Positions 9,277 to 18,418 are shown, counted from the stretch's first letter. The stretch is 64,000 nt of DNA from Parcubacteria group bacterium (GCA_016204005.1 JACQLS010000001.1:105-64104); one strand, 5' to 3'. Numbers and translations are program-made. Notes: generated from the letters alone by a model not told the origin.

Positions 9277-10401
9277 TCATTCATGCGATAACGCAATAGT
9301 GATTGCTTCACGCGCGATTTTCTCAGGGGCGCCCTGCATGAAAAATGCTTTAGCGGCGTCTCCCATTTTTCTCCGCTCTGTTTCATTTTGCATAAGCCGT
9401 TGTATCTCTGACAAGAGGACGTGCGGCGCGAGATTTTTCTCTTCAATAACAACGCACGCTCCCGAGCGCGCATAATTAAAGGCGTTTCGCCGTTGGTGGT
9501 CACCGTTTGATTCTGTGATAGGAATGATGATGGAGGGCAATCCCCAAGCGGCAATCTCAAAAAGGCCTGATCCTGCTCGTGAGATGACGAGAGAGGCAAC
9601 TCCAGCGCTCATGCGGAGAGCTAAGGTATTCAAATACCCGAACGGCTTGTATCGCGCTCGAAGCGTATCATCCTTTAGAATCACTTTCGCAAGATTCTTC
9701 ACTTCCTCGACGTTTCCTTCACCAGCTTGGTGAATAATCTGATACTCCGCTAGCAATTCAGGAAGGATGTCGAGCAACGTCCTGTTGATGACCTGCGCAC
9801 CTTGCGAGCCTCCCCAGACAAGAATAACGGGCCTCCCCTCTTCTAGTTTTAAATATTCATGCGCTCCTTCTTTTGCCGGAGACTGAATCCCTTTCCTTAC
9901 CGGCTGACCCGTGAGAGCGACATTCCTTCCTTTAAAATACTCGGCCGCTTCTGGCCAAGAAACGGCAACACGATCTGCAAACGTACCTGCCCAGAGATTT
10001 GTCCTACCAGGAACAGTGTCAGACTCGTGGACGATGATCGGGATGCGCAAGATCCTTGCTGCCAAAACCGGTGGAAAGCTTACATACCCACCCTTAGAGA
10101 TGACAACGTCCGGGTATATGAGGAACATCTTCCCAATCGCTCCAAGAACGCCGAAAGCGGTTTTGAACAAATCGACAACATTCAACAGCGAAAAATATCT
10201 TCGTAGCTTCCCCGCAGACACGCGCGTAAAGGTAACGTTGTTATCAAACAACAGCGCCTCGTCGAGCGGCTCGTTTGACATGTAATAGAGCCGGGGCGGG
10301 ACCAGCTTTTCTTCTTTTGCAATACTGTTCAATGCTTCGGCAATGGCGATGAGCGGGTAAAAATGCCCTGCGGTCCCCCCACCAGTAAGTACTATTTTCA
10401 T
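9277..10401 (-). CDS. murG: undecaprenyldiphospho-muramoylpentapeptide beta-N-acetylglucosaminyltransferase
   Basis: GGGTAGHFYPLIAIAEAL, VWGGSQGAQVIN. Follows ftsW and mraY. Confidence 0.93.
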   Translation of the reverse strand: MKIVLTGGGTAGHFYPLIAIAEALNSIAKEEKLVPPRLYYMSNEPLDEALLFDNNVTFTRVSAGKLRRYFSLLNVVDLFKTAFGVLGAIGKMFLIYPDVVISKGGYVSFPPVLAARILRIPIIVHESDTVPGRTNLWAGTFADRVAVSWPEAAEYFKGRNVALTGQPVRKGIQSPAKEGAHEYLKLEEGRPVILVWGGSQGAQVINRTLLDILPELLAEYQIIHQAGEGNVEEVKNLAKVILKDDTLRARYKPFGYLNTLALRMSAGVASLVISRAGSGLFEIAAWGLPSIIIPITESNGDHQRRNAFNYARSGACVVIEEKNLAPHVLLSEIQRLMQNETERRKMGDAAKAFFMQGAPEKIAREAITIALSHE

Positions 10402-10412
10402 GATTGTGAATA

Positions 10413-11504
10413 TTATACTCTAGCGTGCCGTGAGATATTAAGGACAATTCCAACCCCAGCAAGCACAGCGATGAGCGCTGAGCCGCCGTGGGAAACAAAA
10501 GGAAGCGGCAAACCTGTAAGAGGAAGTATCCCCAGCATTGCGCCGATGTTCGCGAATGCTTGCCACCCTATGAGTATAACAATTCCGATAACGGTTAGTC
10601 GAGAAAAGTGGTCGGGGGCATGTTTTGCAATGAAAAGCCCCCTAAACACAAAGAGGACAAAAAAGGTAATGAGTAGTAACCCGCCAATAAAACCAAACTC
10701 CTCCGCAAAGACAGCGAAGATTGAGTCTGCGATGGGCTCGGGTAAGAAGCCAAACTTCTGGATACTTTCTCCAAAGCCGCGCCCGAATATTCCACCTGAA
10801 CCTATGGCAATGAGAGATTGCTGGATTTGATACCCGATTCCCAAGGGGTCGTGGGCAGGGTTAATGAACGTAATGAGTCGTTCTTTAACGTAGGGCTTGA
10901 GATACGCGAGTACGAGAAGCCCCCCAAGGGCTCCCCCACCAAGGAGAACAATGTCTCGAACGCGCGCGCCACTTGCAACAAGGAGAGCGATTCCTGAACC
11001 GAAGATGAGTCCAAAGGTGCCTGTATCTGGCTGAAGGAGAAGAAGCACTCCCACCAAAGAGATGAGAACCAAGAAAGGTAAGATACTAAAAACGAACGAG
11101 TATGCTCTCTCGCGCATAGCGGCAAGCCACGTCGCGAAATAAAGAACGAATCCAATCTTTAAGATCTCAGAGGGCTGAAAAGAAAAAGGTCCCAGTGAAA
11201 GCCAGCGGGACGCTCCACCATGAGAAAACCCGACCTCGGGGACGAAGACCAGAGCCGTTGCGACAAGAGAAAGGATAAAGAAAGGGAGGGCGTATCGTTT
11301 TACGAAACGATAGTGGATTCTCGAAAATACAAACATCAGGAAAAGACCAATCAAGGCACCCAATACCTGATTCATAACGACGCTTGAGAAAATGGCACTG
11401 TCCCGAGTAAGCAAGCTTAACGATGCAGAGAAAAATATAAAAAAGCCCCCCAGAAGCAAGGTGAATACAATACCTAAAAACCATTTGTCGACTGGCTTTC
11501 TCAT
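10413..11504 (-). CDS. ftsW: SEDS-family peptidoglycan glycosyltransferase FtsW/RodA
   Basis: Multi-TM. FGFLPEPIADSIFAVFAEEFGFIGG and GLPLPFVSHGGSAL. Confidence 0.9.
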   Translation of the reverse strand: MRKPVDKWFLGIVFTLLLGGFFIFFSASLSLLTRDSAIFSSVVMNQVLGALIGLFLMFVFSRIHYRFVKRYALPFFILSLVATALVFVPEVGFSHGGASRWLSLGPFSFQPSEILKIGFVLYFATWLAAMRERAYSFVFSILPFLVLISLVGVLLLLQPDTGTFGLIFGSGIALLVASGARVRDIVLLGGGALGGLLVLAYLKPYVKERLITFINPAHDPLGIGYQIQQSLIAIGSGGIFGRGFGESIQKFGFLPEPIADSIFAVFAEEFGFIGGLLLITFFVLFVFRGLFIAKHAPDHFSRLTVIGIVILIGWQAFANIGAMLGILPLTGLPLPFVSHGGSALIAVLAGVGIVLNISRHARV

Positions 11505-11505
11505 C

Positions 11506-12567
11506 TTATCCTACGAGGGCAAGCACCATACCCAAAAGTGCGAAGATGGCACCCAAGACCCAAAACCGCATGACTATCTTGTACGGAGGCCAACCAAGCG
11601 CCTCGAAATGGTGATGGATGGGGGCGGCACGAAGGAGTTTCCGACCAAAATATTTTTTTGAAATAAGCTGAATAATATTTGAACCCGAAGCGGCAAAGAG
11701 CGGGAAGGCAATAAGGAAAAGGGGCACAACGGCATCCGTCAAAAAGGCGATGACGGTTAGTGTTGTTGTAAGCCCGAGCATTCCTGTCTCAGACATATAA
11801 AAACGCGCCGGAGGAATATTGAACCATAAAAACGCTAATAACCCTCCAGCAACGACAGTCGAAAATGCCGCTATGTCTATTTGGTTTTGGAAAAATGCAA
11901 TCCCAGCAAAAGCGGCAAACATAATTGCAAGTACCCCTCCCGCAAGGCCGTCAATGCCGTCGATAATACTCCCTGAAAATAGGGCGAGCATCACTGTCAT
12001 GAACAACGGTATGAAGAGGAGCCCTAAAGAAACTTCCCCAGCGAAAGGTATCATAACGCCGGAAACACCAAGCTTTGTAAAAAACCACCAAGCCCCGATT
12101 GCGCCAATGAGCAGGACAATCATAATGCGCATGCGAAGCGGCAAACCGCCACCAACATGTCTCCCCTTTCCAGTAACAACCAGAACGTCGTCTACCAAAC
12201 CAACGAGGGAGGCTGCTATCAAAGTAAAGAAGGGCAACCACGTCTGATTCCGAGAAAGGAAATTGAGTTTTTCTGCTGCTTCAGACGGAAATACTTCTTT
12301 GAGAGACCAGAAAAGAAAAACAGTGATGGCAACCGAAGCCCAAATGACAATGCCGCCCATACGCGGGACCTTTGTTTCCTGTTGTTGGCTTGCGAGCGTC
12401 GGAACAATGCGCGCATCTTCACCGCTTATTGTTTTTGTTTTCTGATCCTTCCTCCATAATTTGTATTTGTATAGATAGTGCGTAAGAAATGGAGTTGCCG
12501 CAATACCTATAAAAAAGGCCACCGCTCCGGGGACCATGACTTTGACAACGGGGAGAATCTCTATCAT
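11506..12567 (-). CDS. mraY: phospho-N-acetylmuramoyl-pentapeptide-transferase
   Basis: GLVDDVLVV, IDGIDGLAGG, APIHHHFE. ATG at 12567 (MIEILPVV) is preferred over the longer ORF start at 12633. Confidence 0.93.
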   Translation of the reverse strand: MIEILPVVKVMVPGAVAFFIGIAATPFLTHYLYKYKLWRKDQKTKTISGEDARIVPTLASQQQETKVPRMGGIVIWASVAITVFLFWSLKEVFPSEAAEKLNFLSRNQTWLPFFTLIAASLVGLVDDVLVVTGKGRHVGGGLPLRMRIMIVLLIGAIGAWWFFTKLGVSGVMIPFAGEVSLGLLFIPLFMTVMLALFSGSIIDGIDGLAGGVLAIMFAAFAGIAFFQNQIDIAAFSTVVAGGLLAFLWFNIPPARFYMSETGMLGLTTTLTVIAFLTDAVVPLFLIAFPLFAASGSNIIQLISKKYFGRKLLRAAPIHHHFEALGWPPYKIVMRFWVLGAIFALLGMVLALVG

Positions 12568-12694
12568 GTACCAACTATACCACGGAACACTCTTGTGCCC
12601 AAAATATGTGTATATATAACAAAAAGGTTGCACCTCCAGTTAGTTTATTAACAGTTTTATCCACAACCTACTTGAGTCGTGGCTGTTGCTCGAC

Positions 12695-12756
12695 AAAATG
12701 AAAGCCCCCGCAGACATGTACCACGGTGATCCGTGACACAGAGGTCTGGGGGGCCC
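12695..12756 (-). terminator. long imperfect hairpin plus T-tract after the 593-aa high-GC gene
   Basis: Minus strand: GCCCCCCAGAC...CACGGatcaCCGTG...GTCTGCGGGGGC followed by TTTCATTTTGT. Confidence 0.65.
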
Positions 12757-12788
12757 TTTACTACTTTACTACAAGGTACTGGGTGCCG

Positions 12789-14567
12789 TTAGGCTCCCGC
12801 GGTCATGGCCTGCAGGTTGCCGCCGGTGTCGTCACCGTCGGCCTTGGCCTTACCGCGAGTGCGCTTCGTCGTCGGCTTCACCGAAGACGTTGCCGTTGCG
12901 GCAGTCTCAGTCGACGCGGTTGCCGCCTGCTTCTGCTTCTCGGTCTCGCCGAGGCTGCAGCGCAGGAAGTAACGCGCCGGGTTGTTGACGCCGGAGTACG
13001 GCTTGTCGGAGCGATCGTCCGGATTGACCTCGTGGAAGGTCGACCCGGCAGGGATCTCCGCCAAGATCTCGGCGTGGCACTTCGCGACACCGTGGATGAC
13101 GATGCGCTTGACGCCGTCGTCGTCCTCGGTGCGTTCCACGGCCATGGCCACGTCATTGAAGTCGACGGGCTGGGTCTTGAAACGATCCCGATCGTCGCGC
13201 ACGATCTCACCGTTCTTGCGGACGGGGAGGCTCGGCGAGAAGGTCGAGAGCACGAGAACCGCGACGCCGACGGTGCCGGCATGGAAGTCGGAGGCATGGA
13301 TGAGCTTGCGCCCACCCGCCGCCGCCTTCGCCGTGGCCGTCACTTCGGCGAGCGCCTTGGTGGCGGTCTCCTGCTTCGCGGCGGCCTGCCCCGCGATCGC
13401 GCGTTCGTGCTTGAAGGCGCGAGACGCGATCATGAAGGCGGCAAACGCGAGTCCCTTGTACTTGGCCCGCGCGTCCTTTGCCGAAAGCCCGAGGTCGGCG
13501 ACGGTAACCGTGATGTTCGCATCGGCGATCTGGTCGATCTTGCCGCGGAACCACGTATTGCCGTGTCCGGCGACGAAGGCGACGGTGCCGTCTTCGACGG
13601 TAACCTTCACCTTGCCGCCATCATGCTCTTCGTCACCGGGGTCGGTGATGACGAGCGTGCCTTCCTCGCCCTTCTCCTCGACGCCGATGACGTTGAGGTT
13701 GGGGGTGACGCCCTCTTGGAGGGCCGTGAGGCTCTCCTGCCAACGCTGGCTCGCTTCGCGTGCGAGCCCGGAGGCGAGAGCGCCGAGGATGTCGAGCGGG
13801 TGCCGGTACGCCGGCACTTCGACACCCTTGACGATCATGGCCTTGGGCCACGTCGAACGCATGTCGACCGCCGTCGCCTTGTACGCGGGCGACATCTCGA
13901 GGAAGCGGTCACGACCGACCTTGACGACGCCGTCCTTGCGGTTGGCGCCGGCAGAAACCGGGGTGAACACTCCGAGTTCGATGCCGCGATCGGCGACGTA
14001 GCCGATTGCCCACCAGTTCGGCGGGCACATCATGGCAAGCGAAGTCACTTCGGCGAACCGGACCATCCGCGTGACAACGGCTGCTTCGTCGGTGGTGAAC
14101 TTACCGAACGTGCCGTTCCTGCGGCGGCTGAGCGCCGTGTCGTTGTCGAGCTTGCTACGCTGATCGCGCAACATGTCCCGCTCCGTTGCCGTCGTGCCCG
14201 GCTTTGCGAGCTTGGCTTCGATCGACAGACGGGCGGTGCGCTGGCCGAAGATGACCTGCGCGACGCTCGACGGGAGCTCGTGGAGCATCCCGTTGAACTG
14301 GCCGCTGCGGGCATCTTCCTGCTCGCGACGCGCTTCGTCTGCGGCGCCGTCGTCGGATTGCGCCACGTCCTGCGGAGCGAGATCCGAGTCCAGATCGTAG
14401 GTGAGCGCGTCGGTCGTTGTGGGCGTCTTCGGCGCGGTCTGCTTCATCTTGTTGGGACCTTTCCCGTTGGAGGCGTTGCCGCCGTTTGCCTTGTTCGCCT
14501 GCGCTGCCGCAATGGCATCGCCGAGCGAACCTTGCTGATTGCCGCTCGTGTTCGTCTTCGTGCTCAT
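12789..14567 (-). CDS. 593-aa hypothetical protein, very high GC, no recognisable domain
   Basis: Strong GC3 codon bias in this frame (AAG/GAC/GTC/CTC/GCC codons). ATG at 14567 is preceded by GGAAGAAGGAAAG. The opposite-strand ORF is R/L/G-rich shadow. Disordered basic N- and C-termini. Confidence 0.7.
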   Translation of the reverse strand: MSTKTNTSGNQQGSLGDAIAAAQANKANGGNASNGKGPNKMKQTAPKTPTTTDALTYDLDSDLAPQDVAQSDDGAADEARREQEDARSGQFNGMLHELPSSVAQVIFGQRTARLSIEAKLAKPGTTATERDMLRDQRSKLDNDTALSRRRNGTFGKFTTDEAAVVTRMVRFAEVTSLAMMCPPNWWAIGYVADRGIELGVFTPVSAGANRKDGVVKVGRDRFLEMSPAYKATAVDMRSTWPKAMIVKGVEVPAYRHPLDILGALASGLAREASQRWQESLTALQEGVTPNLNVIGVEEKGEEGTLVITDPGDEEHDGGKVKVTVEDGTVAFVAGHGNTWFRGKIDQIADANITVTVADLGLSAKDARAKYKGLAFAAFMIASRAFKHERAIAGQAAAKQETATKALAEVTATAKAAAGGRKLIHASDFHAGTVGVAVLVLSTFSPSLPVRKNGEIVRDDRDRFKTQPVDFNDVAMAVERTEDDDGVKRIVIHGVAKCHAEILAEIPAGSTFHEVNPDDRSDKPYSGVNNPARYFLRCSLGETEKQKQAATASTETAATATSSVKPTTKRTRGKAKADGDDTGGNLQAMTAGA

Positions 14568-14689
14568 CGTGAGCTTTCCTTCTTCCAATGCTCCTCCCGA
14601 CGTCTCACTATGAGCCGCCGTGGAGCTATAGAACCACTCAAGTTACGCGAGTCTTCGCCCCTTGTAGAGAGAGCGAAGCATCTACATAT

Positions 14690-14718
14690 AGTATAGCAAA
14701 TTATAAAAGCCCTGTCAA
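14690..14718 (-). promoter_or_regulatory. sigma70-type promoter for the 593-aa gene
   Basis: Minus strand TTGACA (14718..14713), 17-nt spacer, TATACT (14695..14690). About 116-nt leader to the ATG at 14567. Confidence 0.7.
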
Positions 14719-14739
14719 GTGCCACCCTGACAGGGCTTT
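14703..14739 (-). terminator. hairpin terminator of the beta-CASP gene, overlapping the next promoter's -35
   Basis: Minus strand AAAGCCCTGTCAgggtggcacTTGACAGGGCTTTTATAATTT. The 3' arm contains the TTGACA -35 hexamer. Confidence 0.75.
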
Positions 14740-14757
14740 GGGGTTGCCTATTTAGCG

Positions 14758-16179
14758 TTACACCCCAAGGATAAATAAAGAACCGTCCTTATTTCGCGTC
14801 GGCGGGAAATGGATTTTGGTGTTCCCGTCTTTCGAAAATGACGCCGCGTCTGCTTGCGTAATATACGCATTGACCCTTTTCTTGTCGCCGTGCACAAAGA
14901 TGAGGTGCTCGGGATTCATGCCACGAGCGAAGCGCTCCAACTGGTCGGTCTCGGCATGGCCGGACATGCGCTCATCAACCACATGCGCGTGAATTGGGTA
15001 CCATCTCTTGTGCCTACTTCCCCTGCCTTCGGGAAGCTGAATGGACTTGCTCTGCACGAGGTCATCTGCCATCACATCACGAAGGAGACCTGCCGGCGTG
15101 TCCTCGCAGGCGTATCCAGACAAGAAGACGCCATGCCCCTTTACGGGCAAGAGAAGTTTCATCCACTCAACCGCGGCTCCTTGCCCCATGCCACCGGTCG
15201 CAACGATAACTCCTGACCAACCGGTCTTCTGAAGCTTCTCGCGATCCGCTTGCCCACCCACAGCGCGAACGGCGTGTAGGTTTGCTTTAGGCAAAAATTC
15301 TCTCGTCATATCGGCGACCTTAACACCGACGCCGTCCAAAAGAATATTCTCGGGCTCTATCCCGTTTGCAATCAAATCCTCGACGAACCACTGAACGCGG
15401 TCACGGAACGAAACGATGAGGGCAATGCCGCCATCGTCCACAACATGATGCACTCCCGCGAAGAACGCGCTCTTTGCCTCTTCGCGGCTCTTCCGCGACT
15501 TGGCATTGAGATTCGTCGACTCGGAAATGAGCACCGTTGTCCTCTTCATCTCGAGGAATTGTGCCGGCGGGAGATACCCGTGCGGCGCAAAGGAGATGTC
15601 TCCCGTGTGGAACAATGATGCTCCCCACGCTTCTATGCCCGGCGAGAGCGAACCCAACGTGTGTCCGGCATCTGCTGGGAAAAGACGAACCCCGTCCGCG
15701 AGCCCGACTTCCTCTCTCGCGTTGATGAGACTGATGACGCTCCGCACTCGAGCAATGTCCGCCTTGGTAAAGCGCGGAGCATGGTCTCGCCACGTTCTGC
15801 TCTGCATGTCGCGCGCGTCTTCCTGCCAAAGCATTTCAGAGAAGGCGGCAGTCTCTCTCGTCATGAGAATCCGTACCGGCAAACCAGGGAACCTCTTCTC
15901 CACGGCAAGCACAATGGGAACCAAGCCGCCACTGTGATCGAAGTGTTCGTGTGTGAGCACGATGATGAAGCGCGTAACGCCCTCGAGGATTTCATAGAGG
16001 CCCTCGAGGTCCGGCAAGCTCTTATCATAGCTCTCCGGATCACGCGATACCCTGGGGTCTCTCCCCGCGTCAATCATGACGGCGGTATGTTCGCGCCCAC
16101 TCTTCAACAAAAAGACATGGCAGCTTGCGCCAATTCTTTGCGCACCGCCAAGAAATGCAATTCGTATATCTCGAGACAT
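14758..16179 (-). CDS. beta-CASP family metallo-beta-lactamase-fold nuclease
   Basis: MBL motifs IVLTHEHFDHSGG, PADAGHTLGS, LFHTGD. beta-CASP motifs A/B/C: VLISESTN, MSGHAE, FVHGD. ATG at 16179 has AAAGAAAGG upstream. The TTG at 16257 used by the ORF track is the -35 hexamer of its promoter. Confidence 0.8.
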   Translation of the reverse strand: MSRDIRIAFLGGAQRIGASCHVFLLKSGREHTAVMIDAGRDPRVSRDPESYDKSLPDLEGLYEILEGVTRFIIVLTHEHFDHSGGLVPIVLAVEKRFPGLPVRILMTRETAAFSEMLWQEDARDMQSRTWRDHAPRFTKADIARVRSVISLINAREEVGLADGVRLFPADAGHTLGSLSPGIEAWGASLFHTGDISFAPHGYLPPAQFLEMKRTTVLISESTNLNAKSRKSREEAKSAFFAGVHHVVDDGGIALIVSFRDRVQWFVEDLIANGIEPENILLDGVGVKVADMTREFLPKANLHAVRAVGGQADREKLQKTGWSGVIVATGGMGQGAAVEWMKLLLPVKGHGVFLSGYACEDTPAGLLRDVMADDLVQSKSIQLPEGRGSRHKRWYPIHAHVVDERMSGHAETDQLERFARGMNPEHLIFVHGDKKRVNAYITQADAASFSKDGNTKIHFPPTRNKDGSLFILGV

Positions 16180-16228
16180 CCAATAACTACCTTTCTTTGA
16201 TGTCAAAGGCCTATCTCCGTACCGATCT

Positions 16229-16257
16229 ATAATACTATTAAACACGATAAATGTCAA
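16229..16257 (-). promoter_or_regulatory. sigma70-type promoter for the beta-CASP gene
   Basis: Minus strand TTGACA (16257..16252), 17 nt, TATTAT (16234..16229). Confidence 0.7.
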
Positions 16258-16275
16258 TCTTTGTAAAAACTTCTA

Positions 16276-16323
16276 AAAACGTAAAACCCCCCTGCCTACG
16301 CGCGCGTGCGTAAACAGAGGGGT
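16276..16323 (-). terminator. hairpin terminator after the 203-aa gene
   Basis: Minus strand CCCCTCTGtttacgcacgcgcgcgtaggCAGGGGGG followed by TTTTACGTTTTT. Confidence 0.65.
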
Positions 16324-16335
16324 GCGACCGACTTC

Positions 16336-16947
16336 CTAGGAAGTGGTCTCGTTGGGAACGGCAGTGAGGAAATCGCCCTCCACGACCGTAATGAGGTGCC
16401 TCGGCGGTTTCGCCTTGGCCTCCTCGGGGAACATCATCGAGTCGACGAGCTCGATGGTATCGGCACGCGGGGGCGGGTTGTCCCACATGTGATGCCATTG
16501 CCATGTGCGCGACGCACGTTCGGCAATGCTCGCCATCGCAATCTCGACGTTCGCGAGGATCTTCGCGCGGTCGTCGGCGCTTGCGGCTTCGAGCATCCGC
16601 TCGAACTCTTCCCTCCGCTTCCAGCCGAAGTTGACCGTGTATTGCCGACCGCCCTTGTCCTTCGCCTCCCAGACAGCGTGGACGCCCGATGGCACGAAGC
16701 CGTGCTCAGGAAGTTGCTCGAGAACACCAAGCGACATGCCGACGAGAGGGAGGTTGTAGATGACGTTTTCCCCCCGCCCGACGCCTTGCGTCTTCTGACG
16801 TAGCGTCATGACGCTCCGCAGTGGCTTCTCCTTGGCCTCGATGCCAACAGGGACCACGCGCGGATCTCTGCTCATGAACTTGATCAGGACGTTGCGAGAG
16901 GTACTGCCCCCCGAAAGCCTGATTCCTCCAATGGGTTTTTCGCCCAT
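16336..16947 (-). CDS. 203-aa hypothetical protein, high GC, no recognisable domain
   Basis: ATG at 16947 preceded by GGAAGGA. GC3-biased frame. One 60-nt line hand-counted at 67% GC. Confidence 0.6.
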   Translation of the reverse strand: MGEKPIGGIRLSGGSTSRNVLIKFMSRDPRVVPVGIEAKEKPLRSVMTLRQKTQGVGRGENVIYNLPLVGMSLGVLEQLPEHGFVPSGVHAVWEAKDKGGRQYTVNFGWKRREEFERMLEAASADDRAKILANVEIAMASIAERASRTWQWHHMWDNPPPRADTIELVDSMMFPEEAKAKPPRHLITVVEGDFLTAVPNETTS

Positions 16948-16987
16948 GTGGTTGTCCTTCCATTAAAAAAGGTTCAGATACGGATAA

Positions 16988-17015
16988 AGTGTATCATATT
17001 ATATAGAAAAGTCAA
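16988..17015 (-). promoter_or_regulatory. sigma70-type promoter for the 203-aa gene
   Basis: Minus strand TTGACT (17015..17010), 16 nt ending TGA, TACACT (16993..16988). The -35 directly abuts the upstream hairpin. Confidence 0.6.
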
Positions 17016-17045
17016 GCCCCCGACACGCTTTACGCGGTCGGGGGC
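17016..17045 (-). terminator. hairpin after the NYN-domain gene
   Basis: Minus strand GCCCCCGACcgcgtaaagcgtGTCGGGGGC followed by TTGACTTTTC. Confidence 0.6.
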
Positions 17046-17081
17046 CATTTACTTTATATAGATACTATCGGTATCCTTTCC

Positions 17082-18335
17082 TTACAGGACTTGCTCCGGA
17101 ACCCCGATCTCTTCGTGAAGCGAACGCATCCGTTCCTTTGCCTCATGGTTAACGATAGGAAGGCCGTCGAGAAGCGTTACTTCAGCATGCTTCTCCCATT
17201 GCGCACTCAAAGCGCTTCTCCAAGAAAGTATCCACGGGTGAACTCGAATGCCCCACAAGCCCGCGCGCTCCTTCACGCGGTTGATAGCGTGGAGAAAATC
17301 GATATCACCAGTGACAAGGACGAGGACAAGATCTTCCCCCTCCTTCATCACGTCCATATGCTTTGCAGCAAAGTGCACGATATCAGCAGCCATCAAGGGG
17401 TCGGTATCCGTCTTTTCATGGAAAATTGTTTGGAAACCGGCACGCGAACAACTTTTCTTCAACTGCCCCTGCTCCATAGAATCTTGCGAAAGGTGCGGTG
17501 GAACATGCACATAGACGAGCGCGCTTGCAATAGAGAGGGTGTCCTTGCCACTCGGACCAAGCCCGACCCGTTGCATGAACCCTGCCCAATTCACATCGCG
17601 CAATTCGACAATCCGCTCCTCTGCCGCTTTACCCCTAATGGGTTCGATACGCTCGCCCCTCATCCTGCGGTTGCGCGCGATGAGATATTCGCTCTCCCTG
17701 CCCTTGCGACGGCCTGTTAGATTTGCCGCATCAACAAAGACAAGTGTTCGATAGCGTATCTTGGAGGGTGTGCCCTCTCCGCCGTTTGCCTTTGGAGCAT
17801 TCGCGCTCTGTGCCGCAATCCGACCCCATGCCGCCGCATGCTGTGCGCGCGCAGACGAAGCTCCAGCCGTAGATGCCGCCCTTCCATCGCTTGAGGGGGG
17901 ACCCAAAACAACTTTGGGAATTGGGATACCACCTCCAGGAGCGGCTCCATTACCCTTGGGCTCCGGAAGCGGTTTGCCGTCTCTCCTAAAGATCCTGAAC
18001 TTCGGCTTTGCAAGCGCATCTCCGTTACCCGGCTCTCCGATCTTCCGAGCCTGGAAAGAAAGCGGAGACGTGAGCTCGTCCGGATGTCGGTGGAACTGAA
18101 TCACATCAACCGAGGTGCCTTTACCCCGAGGCTTGCGACTAATTTCAAGCCACTTATACTTTGCCGCGGCTTCAACATATGGCAACCAATTGGGCGGAAA
18201 ATGTCGATACGCATCGCGGAGTACTCGCCCACCCGTGGGCACGGAGGAGGCAATCTCACAAAGATAGCGATAGACAATCGGTACGTTTTCTTCAAACGCC
18301 CACCGCCCCCGTCTCAAAACGGGCTTTTCCGGCAT
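17082..18335 (-). CDS. NYN (LabA/limkain-type PIN-like) nuclease-domain protein with N-terminal wHTH-like region
   Basis: C-terminal half has YRTLVFVDAANLTG, HEKTDTDPLMAADIVHFA, LVLVLVTGDIDFLHAINR (acidic NYN signature positions). Central G/A/P-rich linker. N-terminal ~90 aa resembles a winged helix (by eye only). Confidence 0.75.
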   Translation of the reverse strand: MPEKPVLRRGRWAFEENVPIVYRYLCEIASSVPTGGRVLRDAYRHFPPNWLPYVEAAAKYKWLEISRKPRGKGTSVDVIQFHRHPDELTSPLSFQARKIGEPGNGDALAKPKFRIFRRDGKPLPEPKGNGAAPGGGIPIPKVVLGPPSSDGRAASTAGASSARAQHAAAWGRIAAQSANAPKANGGEGTPSKIRYRTLVFVDAANLTGRRKGRESEYLIARNRRMRGERIEPIRGKAAEERIVELRDVNWAGFMQRVGLGPSGKDTLSIASALVYVHVPPHLSQDSMEQGQLKKSCSRAGFQTIFHEKTDTDPLMAADIVHFAAKHMDVMKEGEDLVLVLVTGDIDFLHAINRVKERAGLWGIRVHPWILSWRSALSAQWEKHAEVTLLDGLPIVNHEAKERMRSLHEEIGVPEQVL

Positions 18336-18382
18336 TGTCCGACCTCACTTTCTGGGTTCAGGTGCTTTTGCAGTCTCTCGCG

Positions 18383-18410
18383 ATTATGACAGATTATATG
18401 TATTAGTCAA
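18383..18410 (-). promoter_or_regulatory. sigma70-type promoter for the NYN gene
   Basis: Minus strand TTGACT (18410..18405), 16 nt, CATAAT (18388..18383). GTGAGG Shine-Dalgarno 7 nt before the ATG. Confidence 0.65.
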
Positions 18411-18418
18411 TGTACATA

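Noticed and set aside
12726-14696. 656-aa plus-strand ORF, the longest ORF in the high-GC segment
   Set aside because: Its composition is Arg/Leu/Gly/Val-rich low complexity (RRRLHRRRCRCGSLSRRGCRLLLLLGL). GC3 bias is in phase with the minus-strand frame, and the minus-strand gene has the Shine-Dalgarno, promoter and terminator. This is a typical shadow ORF of GC-rich DNA. The same applies to 12982..14001, 12878..13315 and 13207..13554.
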